The notes beneath the pieces were generated by a model that saw only the letters and a list, made by a program, of their open reading frames with translations, did no database searches and was not told the DNA's origin. The translations under genes were made by a program, and so were the position numbers. From Chiloscyllium plagiosum (Eukaryota): a stretch of 64,000 nucleotides of DNA. Positions within the stretch are counted from its first letter, which is position 1, and the number at the start of each line of letters is the position of its first letter. The DNA lies in the NCBI RefSeq assembly GCF_004010195.1, contig NC_057719.1, positions 86,932,274 to 86,996,273 on the forward strand, in the 5' to 3' direction. Below, in pieces: positions 13,470-25,009 of this stretch.

Positions 13470-14125
13470 CAATTGGCCTCAAAGATCTTAATTACCTGCT
13501 GCACCTCCAAACCAACTTCTTGTGATTGTGCACAAGGACATCCAGTTCCCTCTGCACAGCAGCATGCTGCAATTTTTCACCATTTAAATACTAATCCATT
13601 TTGCTGTTATTCCTGGATGACCTCACAGTTATCAATATTGTACTCCATCTGCCAGACTCTTGCCCACTCACTTAACCTCCGTCCCTCTACAGACTTTCAA
13701 TGTCCTCTTCACAGTTTGCTTTACCACTCAGCATCATCTGTGACCTCTAACACACTACAGTTGGTTCCCAACTCAAAATCATCTATATAAGTTGTACATA
13801 ATTGCTGTCCCAACACTGATCGCTAAGGCACACTATGAGTCACTGATCGCCAACCAGAAAAATACCCATTTATCCCTACTCTTCAGGTGTTTACACTTAC
13901 CAGGTGTAGCAGATTTAAAACAGGGATGAGGAGAAATTACTTTAACAAAGTTGTGATCTGTGTAATTTACTACTCCAGAGTGCAACTGGACAACTGCACT
14001 GAATAAATTTAAGGAGAAGACAGACACATCTTTAATTCTTAACAGGTTTAAAGGGTTATGGACAGTGAGCAGGAAAGTGGAGTTGAGGTTGAAATAAAAT
14101 CAGCTATGATTGTATTACATGGCAC
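13470..14125. mobile_element. Old CR1 fragments (minus ~13470-13890, plus ~13895-14125)
   Basis: Decayed CR1 RT and 3'-end motifs. Confidence 0.6.
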
Positions 14126-14129
14126 AAAG

Positions 14130-16685
14130 GGCAGGCAGGAACAAAGAACAAGGCAAATTAAACTGTATTTATTTCAATGCAGGAGGCCTAACAGGGAAGG
14201 CAGATGAACTCAGGACATGGTCGGGAACATGGGACTGGGATATCATAGCAAATACAGAGACATGGCTCAGGGGAGAACAGGACTGGCAGTTTAATGTTCC
14301 AGGATACAAATGCTATAGGAATGACAAAGTGGGGGCAAGAGAAGAGATGGAGTGGCATTTTTGATAAAGGTTAACATTACGAATATTCCTGTGAATACAT
14401 CCAGGGAAGTTATTTGGGTGGAAGTGAGAAATTGCAAACAAATTTGTAAAGAGAAGTCAGTTATGTGTGAGAACAACAGGGTGGTAAATGGGAGGGGGAT
14501 TTTAACTTTCCGAACACAAACTGGGACTACCATCGTGTTAAGGGTTTACATGGAGAAGAATTTGTTAAGTGTGTACGAGAAAACTTTCTGATCCAGTACG
14601 TGGATGTACCTACTAGAGAAGGTGCAAAACTTGACCTACCCTTAGGAAATAAGGCAGGGGAAGTGACTGAGGTGTCAGTGCGGGAGCACTTTGGGGCCAG
14701 CGACCATAACTCTAATATCTTAAAAGAGTGATGGAAAAGGATATACAGAATTTACAAACAAAAGTTCTAAATTAGAGGAAGGCCAATTTTGACAGTATTA
14801 GGCAAGAACTTTCAAAAGCTGACTGTATGTGGATGCTCGCAGGTAAAGGGATGGCTGGAAAATGGGAAGCCTACAAAAATGAGACGGTATATTTCTGTTA
14901 GGGTGAAAGGCAAAGCTGGTAGGTGCAGGGAATTCTGGATGACTAGAGAAATTGAGGTTTTGGTCAAGGAAAAGGAAGCATATGTCAGGTATAGACAGAT
15001 AGATTGAGTGAATCCTTAGAGTTTAAAAGACAGTAGGAATATCCTTAAAAGAGAAATCAGGAGGGCAGAAAGGGGGCATGAGATAGCTTTGGCAAATAGG
15101 GTTAAGGAGGATCCAAAGGGATTTAATAAACACATTAAGGACAAAGAGGTAACTAAGGAGAAAATAAGGCCCCTCAAAGATCAGCAAGTGTGGAGCCACA
15201 GGAGATGGGGGAGATACTAAATGAGTATTTTGCATTAGTATTTACTTTTGAAGGACATGGAAAATATAGAATGTGGGGAAATAGATGATGACATCTTGAA
15301 AAATATCCATATTACAGAGGTGGTGGCGCTGGATGTCTTAAAATATATAAAGGTGGATAAATCCTAGGACCTAATCATGTGTATCCTAGAACTCTGTGGG
15401 AAGCTAGGAAAGTGACTGCTAGACTCCTTGCTGAAATATCTGTGTCATCAATAGACACAGGTGAAGTGCCAGAAGACTGAAGGTTGGCTAACATGGTGCC
15501 ACGATTTAAGAAAGTTGGTAAGGAAAAGCCAGAGAACTATAGACCGGTGAGCCTGGCATCAGTGATGAGCAAGTTGGAGGGAATCCTGAGGGACAGGATG
15601 TACATGTATTTGGAAAGGCAAAGACTGATTAGGGATGGTCAACATGGCTTTGTGCATGGGGGATCATGTCTCACTAACCTGATTGAGGTTTTTGAAGATG
15701 TAACAAAGAGGGCAGAGCAGTGGACATGATCTTTATGGATTTCCTCATGGTAAACTGGTTATCAAGGTTAGATCACACGGAATAAAGGGAGAACTAGCCA
15801 TTTGGATACAGAACTGACTTGAAAGTAGATGACAGAGGATGATGGAGGAGGGTTACTTTTCAGACTGGAGGCCTGTGACCAGTGGTGCGCCACAAGGATT
15901 GGTGCTGGGTCCACCGCTTTTAGTCATTTATATTAATGATTTGGATGTGAACATAGGAGGTACTGTTAGTAAGTTTGCAGATGACACCAAAATTGAGTGT
16001 ACTGGACAGCTAAGAAGGTTACCACAGAGTACAAGCAGATCTTGATCAGAAGGGCCAAAGGGGTGGGGAGTGGCAGATAGAGTTTAATTTAGATGAATGT
16101 GAGGTACTGCATTTTGGAAAGACAATTCAGGAAGGTCTTATACACTTAATGGTAAGATCCTGGGGAGTGATGCTGAACAAAGAGACCTCAGAATGCAGGT
16201 TCATAGCTCCTTGAAAGAGGAGTCTCAGGTAGATAAGATAGTGAAGAAAGTGTTAGTGTGCTTTCCTTTATTGGTCACAGCATTGCGTGTAGGAGTTGGG
16301 AGGTCATACTCAGGCTATAAGGGACATTGGTTGTGCCACTTTTGAATATAGTGTGCAATTCTGGTCTCCCTGCTATAGGAAGGATGTTGTGAAACTTGAA
16401 AGGGCTCAGAAAAGATTTATAATGCTGTTGCCAGGTTGGGCCAAATAGTCTACTTCTACTCCCATACACAGAGGGTGGCGCATGTATGGAATGAGTTGCC
16501 AAAGGAAGTGGTAGAGGCTGGTACAAATACAACATTTACAAGTTATCTGAATGGGTATATGAATAGGGAGGATTTAGAGGGATATGGGCCAATTGCTGGC
16601 AAAACTGACTAGATTAATTTAGGACATCTAGTCAGCATGGATAAGTTGGACCGACGAGTGTTTCCATGCTGTTCATCTCTGACTA
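14130..16685 (+). mobile_element. CR1/HER1 LINE (APE endonuclease to RT to 3' end) with internal deletions
   Basis: CIYFNAGGLTGKADEL...[49 protein letters not shown]. Confidence 0.9.
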
Positions 16686-17923
16686 AGACACAAGGGGCTG
16701 AATTGTCTACTCTGCTCCTGTTAAGAGAAAATTGCGAGGCAACGTTATGACTCACTTGAGTCACTAATTTTTTACCCCCCTCGAAAAGAACGCAGCTGTC
16801 CAACTGTCTGGTGCAAGAGACCACAATACTTTTTCTCACTTAAGAAGCTCATGAGCAGATTTGAAATGCAAAGGTTTGCTACAACATTAAACATCAATTT
16901 CAAAATAAAATTAAATTTCAGGAATGTTGGAAATAAAGCAGATGTATATGCATGACCAACTTGCTTATTGCGTACAAACTTGATCAAAGCTTTTCTAACT
17001 GGACTACATTGCATTCACACACACACTTGTCGTCATCAGGTTGTTGATACTTACTGTCCGATTTTGTGTTCCTTGTTTAAACATTAGCTGTTTCTCACTG
17101 ACTTCCCTGCCTATCAACAGTAAATGTGGGTCAGGAACAGCTTTTGACTGGATGAAGAATCCTCCAGCATCCATTAAAATTCTACCTAGTTGTTTTCCTG
17201 TGTATCTCAGGTAAGACCTGGTGGGTTGCATATACAATTTCTGCGGGCAACATTCTGGCTCATCAGTTGCCTGTTGTAGAAATAGCAGTGGTCCAAGGCT
17301 CACCTTTATAAATTATGGACCACAGTATGTAGCAATAACATAGAAGCCATATTTTCTATATGTATGACATGAGAAAGGCAAATGGAATTCACACTCTGCC
17401 CATGTTTCTGCACAGACCTTGGCAACTTGATGAAAAGGTATAAGAGTTGAAGAACAATTTGCAAACCAACTGCACCTAGTTTCCAGTCAGTTCTTCTAAT
17501 TGTTGTTGCAAATTTGCAATCAGGAATGTGTTAACATTGTGTCACCCACACCAGAACTGGACACATTTCATCTGAACTTGAGCTCTCAATTCATAAGATT
17601 ACTAACGCCAAGTATTTCAGTCACGTCTAGCATCTAGTTAGTACTTCATCCTGTCCTTCTGCCGAAAATGCAACTTTGCGCGTTTAGATATTTATTTGCA
17701 AGCTGCTTTCTGTATTCATTCTACAACCTAAATAGGTTGATTTCAGAATGATTACCAAGACAATCCAAGTGAGTATATATACTTAACTTCTCAATTCTTC
17801 CTCTTTAGAGGAAAGAATTCACCGCTCTTCTGCACCAGCACTGGATTGAATATCCTATCATTTCATTAAAAACAGCTAAAATACACTTCAGAGAACAAAG
17901 GAGAATTCAGTAAAAATACTTAC

Positions 17924-17992
17924 AATCTCTGATCTCATAACCAAAAAACATTTTGACACCAGGCAGCTTCCTGTTATTTTCTAAATCTTCAA
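17924..17992 (-). CDS. EXD1: EXD1 coding exon 2: (V)EDLENNRKLPGVKMFFGYEIRD
   Basis: Acceptor tttctacag, donor T|gtaagt; 69 nt, phase 1/1; matches mammalian VKNVETGRSVPGVKxFFGHEI (N-terminal Sm/Lsm-like region). Confidence 0.92.
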
Positions 17993-18469
17993 CTGTAGAA
18001 AGATAGATAAATGTTAGAAACTGATTAATTTCAAACAGGGATAGAGAAAAGCCATTTTGCTCCATGAGCCTGAGTGGCTGTTCCATTATATTATGGTTGA
18101 CCTATATTTTAACTCAATTTGCCCATCTTTGCTTTTTTTAAACTCTCCATTCCCAAAAATGTATCAATTTGAAATGTTCGTTTTATCCAGCTTCTTCAGC
18201 TTTACTAATGCAGGTTTTTCAGATTTTTGTTACCTTGTGGTGCTACATAATATCCCTCCTGAAGAGTCTGGCTCTAACAATGAGGTTCAGGCCTCTTGAT
18301 TTTATATTCGTGTTAGCAAGTTTTATTGAGTCCACCTCAAAATCCCTTAAATCATCTTAAATAGCTCAATGAGATCACCCATTCATCTTCCATGCTTAAG
18401 CCCAGTCTGTGCAACCTGCCACTTAAATTCAATCTTTCAGAGCCACTTCCAAGTTATTTCCAGAAGTTG

Positions 18470-19400
18470 TGGATAAAGGGGTCTTTTTGAGGATGGCAGC
18501 CAGTGAGTTCTGCAGGGCTGTGTGTTGGGACCACAACTATTCATGTTATACATCTGAATAAACAAACATAGGGTATTGTTGCTCAGTTTGCAGATAACAC
18601 CAAGATAAGTGAAGGGACAGGTGGTGCGAGGAAGCAGGGAGACTGCAGAACGAAATGAATTTTAACATTGTTGAACAGGCTAGTCGAGTGGACAAAGAAG
18701 CTGCAGATGCTGGAGATTAGAGTGGTGCTGGAAAAGCATAGCAGGTCAGGCAGCATCCAAGGAGCAGGAAAATAATGTTTCGGACAGGAGCCCTTCATCA
18801 GCACCACTATAATCTGGACAAAGAAGCTGCAGATAGGGTACACTACGGGAAAGTGAGAGATTATCTACTTTCAGAGGAAGAATAGAAGTGTAGACTATTT
18901 TCTGATTAGGAAAAGGCTTCAGAAGTCTGAAACACAAAGGGACTTAAGAGTCCTAGTTTAGGATTCTCAAGGCTAAAGTGCAGGTTCAGTTGGCAGCTAG
19001 GAAGGTAAAACAATGTTAAAATTCATTTCAAGAGGGCTAGAAATCAAGAGATGTACTGCTGAGACTGCATAAAGCTCTGGTCAGACTGCATTTGGAATAC
19101 TGTGAGCAGTTTGGGCGAGACTAGGGCCTGAGGGCAGAGCCTTAGAGTGAAGGGATGACCCTTTAGAACTGAGAAGAGGAGGAATTTTTTTCTGCCAGAG
19201 GGTGGTGAATCCATGGAACTCATTGCCAAAGGCGGCTATGGCAGTCCAAGGAATTTAATGTAAACAAGACAGAGATAGTTCTTGACCAAGGGTATCAACT
19301 GTTATGGGGATAAAGCAGAGAATGGGGTTGAGAAACGTATCAATCATCATCAAATGGGCTGAATGTCCTGTTTCTGCTTCAATATCTTATGGTCTAAGTT
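18470..19400 (+). mobile_element. Old CR1 LINE 3' portion, interrupted by a pLTR mini-insertion
   Basis: gctcagtttgcagataacaccaag (FADxTK) and CR1-type 3' end. Confidence 0.8.
18709..18814 (-). mobile_element. Penelope pLTR mini-element with hammerhead-like core and 20-bp flanking duplication
   Basis: tggacaaagaagctgcagat at 18689-18708 and 18815-18834; minus-strand CTGATGAAGGGCTCCTGTCCGAAAC. Confidence 0.85.
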
Positions 19401-20759
19401 GTGGTGGCCAGAACTTAATGAAGGACTGTAACTGGGGATCGAACCATAGCCTTGTACAATGCAACAAAACATCGAGAGAATAACTTCACATTTTCCCACA
19501 TGATATTCCATCTGCTATATCTCTGCCCAGCCATCCAACCTATCTATACCCACCTCCTTATATCAAATTCACAATACCTTGCTACCCATCTTAGTGACAT
19601 ATGCAAATTTAGCTATAATGCCTTCATTCTTCTCATTAAGTAATTGATATAGATTGTAAAATGCAGAGGCCACAGCACAGACTCCCTGAGGGACTCCTCT
19701 CATCCTGCCAGTTCGAAAAAGTGTATTATGCATACACTTTTACGCCAATAAACCAATCCTTTATCCATGCTTATGTGTTATTCCCTAATTCTGATCTCCT
19801 GAGCCAAGATCATCTCTAGATATCATACCAATTCTTCTTGAATGCCACATACTCCACAATGTTCATAACCCAATTCTGTTATCCTGCAGCTGTGTCACTA
19901 TAATGGTCATTAGATTATATTTATTCTGTTCAATGTGCGCTATCAATTTATTTATTGTCTTAAGAGTGTTCAGAAAGAAGGCCTTTAGCATTGCCTTTGT
20001 CATCTTTGTAGCTTGACTATTCCTGCATTAATTCTCCTGTCCCTTGACCTTCATTGCTCGTACAGTCAGTTCTGCTATAACCCACATTTCTTCAACACAA
20101 ATTGACTATAGTGATTGAATGACTTCGACCATTATTTGTAGAATGTGAACTTTCCTTAACTGTACTAGCCATAATGCAATTCCAGTCCCTACTCTCTTGA
20201 ATCTCTAGTCCTTGGTTTGCTACATCTATTCCAGCTTAATCCTTCCCCTTTTATTTTCAACTAACAGCCTGCCCTTTTCAGCTCACATGGTTGACAATTA
20301 GTGTTGCCAAACATTTGTTTGATGACAGATGATATCTCAAGTTGAATTTCTGGCATCTGATTGAGAGGTTGTGAAATAGGTCTACAACAATATTAAGCCA
20401 CCTGTATGGGGCACATTCCCCATTTCTTACAAGTGCGTTCTACTCCCCAAACTTTTGATATGATAGACTTTGTTGACTGATTCAAAGTAAAACACGTTAA
20501 GAGTTAGGAAATACAAAATAACATTGTCAGTGTCAAAACAATAGCAATTATGACACTCACAAGAAGGTGGGGGATTGCATACAGAGTAGACGTGGCTGCA
20601 AAGGGGAAAGGGTGCACATTGCAAAGGGAAGGGGAGAAGAGGGGTAAGCTGTGAGGGACGTTTATCTATTCAGAGATATCCACAGAGTGGGGACCTTAAT
20701 CCTCATGCGGAGTAAAATCAACCCTTTCTCTCCCAACTGTGCTACTTCCCACATGTTTG

Positions 20760-20848
20760 GAGGTGCCAGTATTGGACTGGGGTGGACAAAGTTAAAAATC
20801 ACCACCTGATGAAGGAGCTGCGCTCTGAAAGTGTTTCCAAATAAACCT
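20760..20848 (+). mobile_element. Short pLTR-type element of a different family, with hammerhead core
   Basis: CTGATGA(20806-20812)-AGGAGC-TGC-GCTCT-GAAA; related to the minus-strand element at ~49657-50090. Confidence 0.65.
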
Positions 20849-21730
20849 AGGCAAAAGTGAAGACTGCAGATCCGTGTCCCGCACCTCCGCCCTCAAACCC
20901 CACCCCCCCCAACCACAATAAGGACAGAACCTTCCATCCCACCACAAACCACATCATCCGCCAACATTTCCGCTACCTATAAACTGACCCCACCACCAGG
21001 GATATATTTCCCTCCCTACCTCTATCTACTTTCTGCAAAGACTGTTTGCTCCGTGACTACTTGGTCAGGTCCATGCCCCCCACCAAAAACCCACCCTTCC
21101 CTCATGGCACCTTACCCTACCACCGGAGGAATTGCAAAACCTGCACCCACATCTCCCCCAAAAGAGCCTTCCACATCTAAAGCTTCACCTGCACTTCCAC
21201 ACATCCGCTGCTACCGTTACAGTCTCCTTTACATTGGGGAGACTGGACGCCTCCTTGCAAAGCGTTTCAGGGAACATCTCCGGGACACCCGCACTGATCA
21301 ACCCTTCCGCCCCGATGCCAAAAATGCCGAGGACGTGCAGACCCTGGGCCTCCTCCGTCGCCACTCCCTCACCGCCCAACACCTGGAGGAAGAGCACCTC
21401 ATCACACTTCAACCCCAGGGCATCAATATGGACTCATTCCCCCTCCCCCCACCTTACCCCAGTTCCAACCTGCTAGCTCAGCGCCATCCTCATGACCTGC
21501 CCCACCTGCCTCCCTTCCTTCCCACCTATCTGCTCCACCCTCCTCTCTGACCTATCACCTTCATCCTCACCTCCATCCACCTATTGCACTCTTAGCTACC
21601 TTCTCCCCAGACCCACCCCCCTCATTTAACTCTCCATCCTGGAGGCTTTTGCCCAAAACGTCGATTTTCCTACTTCTAGGATGCTGCCTGACCCGATGTG
21701 CTTTTTCAGCACCACTCTAATTTTGATTCT
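20849..21730 (+). mobile_element. Penelope-like element 3' portion with short inverted pLTR at its 5' end
   Basis: LLYIGETGRLLAKRFREHLRD...LQPQGIN (GIY-YIG); C-rich 3' region; pLTR ~21640-21725; ggcaaaagtgaagactgcagat at ~20850 is the inverted pLTR end. Confidence 0.88.
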
Positions 21731-21804
21731 TTCCAAACAAATCTGTTGGACTACTTCCCACAAGCAAACGCATTGTGCATGCTCTACCCGCACGCAATTC
21801 TCAC

Positions 21805-21928
21805 CCTGATCCAACACGACGGCCTTCGTCGCGGCATCTACATGCCGGAGACAGCCCGAATACGTGCCGCACTCCAGCCTAATCCGGAGCCGCTTGGTGA
21901 GGAGCTCCCGGAGCCAGGCAGAGTCCAT
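21805..21928 (-). CDS. EXD1: EXD1 first coding exon: MDSAWLRELLTKRLRIRLECGTYSGCLRHVDAATKAVVLDQ
   Basis: Kozak gccATGg at 21928; donor G|gtgaga; resembles mammalian EXD1 N-terminus (ILWKRVKLTLVCGVFEGVLQHVDPNKIVVLKK); splices in frame to 17992. Confidence 0.92.
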
Positions 21929-22493
21929 GGCGTTGACACACAACAACCAGCAAGAAGGTGAAAGCACGTGCGTGACACCTGCCCGCATCACGTGCTCCCG
22001 CAAGCACCAACAGCCGTTAGCTCCACCCCTCGGTGATTGACAGGTGCCAAGCGCGCCTCATGCCTGTTTGAAACGTTCCGACCGTTAGAGAAGAGATATC
22101 GCGAGAGGAAGCACCATTTCCTCCCGAGACCCCCCAAAAAGAGCTTGGCACCCCGCCCCTCCTTTCGCGGAGCCGCACGAGGATCAAGATGTGGCCTCCT
22201 GATTGGTCAACCATCCCAGCCCCGACCGAACGCCGTCACGCACACTTCGGCATTTTCCGTCGATCGAGGCCTGAGAGTCGATGATCGATCCGACCGATGA
22301 CCCACACGCCTCAGTCCACTGATTTTGCCCCTTTCCTTGACGATCCAGAGCGGATCGGTGTGCGGGCGAGAGGTGCCCAACATTCCCGAAAGCAGCGGGC
22401 CGTGTCGGCGCAGTTTCTCTGGTGTTGTCAATCGGCGCTCGGTTGCTCGGGCCTGCGTCTGTGGGGGTGGGGAGGAGGAGGCCGGCGCTGTGA

Positions 22494-22495
<2 letters not shown>

Positions 22496-22525
<30 letters not shown>
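22496..22525 (+). repeat. G30 homopolymer
   Basis: 30 consecutive G. Confidence 0.95.
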
Positions 22526-22526
<1 letters not shown>

Positions 22527-22703
22527 AGAGCCGCAATGGCGGTCGGCGGCGGCGGCGCTCGGAGGGACTCAGGCAGAGCGGCTGCGAAACCGGCCGCCCC
22601 GCTCCCTCTGTCAGACATCGCAACCTCTGCCTCTCCACAGCAAGCGCCATCTTGGCTCGGCGAGAGGAGCGGCGCGGCGAGGCAGAAGCAAGAGCGAGTG
22701 GAG
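22526..22703 (+). other. INO80: INO80 exon 1 (5'UTR; start uncertain)
   Basis: Strong donor GAG|gtaagc (intron starts 22704) inside the CpG island; next recognisable exon is INO80 exon 2; TSS cannot be determined from sequence. Confidence 0.7.
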
Positions 22704-25009
22704 GTAAGCGGCAGGGAGGGAGGGAGTGAGTGAGTGTATGGTGGGAGGAGAAGGGGTGGGTGTTGGTTGTAGGGGGGTGGGGGGGGAACAGACAGACAGT
22801 GAGTGTGGGAGGCGGGCGGACGGGGCGTTTGTACCGTTTCTTTTAATGGGAGATGGCCTCGATCTCTTGACATGATTTTTTTTCTTTCCCTTTCGCCTTC
22901 CAATGTGCAGCGGTGTCGGGGCGGAGGGAGGAAAAAACCCCAGACCGGGCCCATCGCCCCTGGCCTCTTTCTCGCTCGCCTCGAGTTTTATTTTTTCCCT
23001 CTTCCCGTCTCAACAGCGGGAGCGGCCTGCTCCCCGCTGCTTCCAACCCCGGGCCTCGCCTCATCCCTCAACCCCGCTGTACCACCGGCGGAAGCATCGG
23101 CCCCGTGTAAAGGGCTTCGATTGTCCTCTCCTTGTCTTTCTTTGACGCCCCCACCCCAAACAATTCCTCCCTCTCTCAATGCAACCGTTGCCTCCTTCAT
23201 GCTTTCGGGCCTTGCCGGCCTCTCAAACTTTAATCTCTTGCTGCCTTCAACCGAAAAGGTTGCCCTCATCGTAAGGGACTAGCAACCCACTCCTAACTTT
23301 TTTTTCCCTTTTTTTTCTCTCCTTTCTCCGCTGCCTGCTTCTTGCTTGCCTCGTTGACTTTGTAAAGGGCGTTTTTTTTTTAGGTGAGGTGCGGGCTGTG
23401 GAGAATATAATTTATTTTTTTACGTTTTATTTTCTCGCGGCAGGTGTTTGGATTTTGGAGAAAGCACTGCCTTTTCAGAGTGAGGATCTGTCGGTCTTCA
23501 AAATGATATAGTCCATTCGCAATGTGTTTCATGTGAAATTTCAACCTGTTCGTGCTGGCTCTGACGAACAACATTTTGGGGCCTTTTTGGGGGAAAAAAA
23601 TCATTTTCACGTGTCATTCTTAGTTGCTTTCCCGCACTCTTAATTCATTTCCTTGAATATTGGAATTTAAATGGGTCAAAAAGTAAGTTGTGACCTGTTA
23701 CTAACACTTACTGATAAATATCGGAGCAATTCGTTTTTTGTGATCAACACCAAGGACAGTGCCTGAAAATAACTGAATCCAAACATGTTGAATTAGACAA
23801 GTCACAGAAGATAAGTCTAAAAAATGATGCCCTCAGGGGATGAGTGTTAAATGGCTGTAAATTAAAATCAGTATTTTATTGAATAAAACCTAAGATTTGG
23901 TGACATGACCAACCTGCTCAGCGAATAAAATGTTGAATGGGATCATGTCACTCATGACATTAAGACATCCCCAACTCATCCTCGAGGTTACAAATGAAAG
24001 CAAAGATGTATCTACCTAGTGCCCGTAATGTTAATTCTTCTCTTGAAGAAGCTGACTCATGCCAGGATGCATTTTGATTTGTATTCTACTGGTTGTCTTT
24101 TGGTGCCAGTGAGTGTTGCCTGTCTATTCTCAACATCCACATGCTATTTTTGCAGGGTATTCAGTAAGAGGCCTGGTTGTCTAAATCTAGGATCAGATAA
24201 CCAAAGGATTCTGGAGTTAGTAACCCTGTGGTTTATGGAGTCATCTGCTCATAATTACAGGGATTTTGATTCATTTCCCACTCAAGTCTCATCCATCCCA
24301 AGGAAAGCTGTAGTCTAACTCGTCATTTATCCAGTGGTGGATGCCTTTTATTTGGTCTCGGCTGAGAAAGGAAATGATCCTGTGTGTCTTCCTAATCGTC
24401 TGTTTTGTAGTCATGGGGGTATTTTTATGTTAATCTGTTCAGATACATGGCTGGCAGGTGGGTTTTAACCCAGGTTTCTCAAAGGTATGGACACTACCAC
24501 TGCACCACAAGAGCCCTTGTAGTTATAAACTATGTTACCATTTGTTCTTGTGGGTGATCCTTTGAGGCTGAGATAGATAAACTTTTATCACTTAAGGAAT
24601 TAGAGGCAAAATGGCAGGAAATTAAAGTTGAGTATTTCAGCTCCTATAAGGTATAGGTTGTGATCTAACAGAACTGACCTTTCCTTTATGTAATACATTG
24701 CTTTATAAGCAAAGCTTTTGGTTTAAGTTTGTCCCTTTGGGTTATTTGCACTGTGCATGTTTTGTACGTTCAGTTGTCTAGTGTATTCGTGAAATTTTTT
24801 TTTGAGGAAATGTCCTCGTGAAACGTCCCCGTGAAACCTTCAAAATCTTCACATGGACTTGAGTATGAGGGTAATTTGCTTTTGTTTGAAAATAAAATTT
24901 CTGTGACGTATCTCAATATAGTTTTACTGAAAATCAAATCCTGTCTATTGAATATTTGCCAAAAAAGTGAAGGTGACAGAATATTATTGTTAGTTGTAGG
25001 ATTTGGTTG

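Larger units (their letters stand above)
21750..23300. promoter_or_regulatory. CpG island / bidirectional promoter of EXD1 (-) and INO80 (+)
   Basis: Abrupt GC and CpG enrichment against CpG-poor flanks; CACGTG at 21965 and 21989, TGATTGACAG 22034-22043, TATCGCGAGA 22097-22106, GC box ~22152, ATTGG ~22202, YY1-like CGCCATCTTG 22645-22654. Confidence 0.9.

Noticed and set aside
17195..17216. Plus-strand pyrimidine tract with CAG|GTAAGA
   Set aside because: Antisense to EXD1 and upstream of the INO80 promoter; no transcript to assign it to.
17780..17840. Possible EXD1 exon immediately after exon 2
   Set aside because: Weak acceptor and a stop in frame; 12341-12395 fits the expected exon much better.
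22184..23282. Many long overlapping ORFs (up to 256 aa) in the CpG island
   Set aside because: Expected from high GC and the G30 run; low-complexity Pro/Gly products with no recognisable domain.
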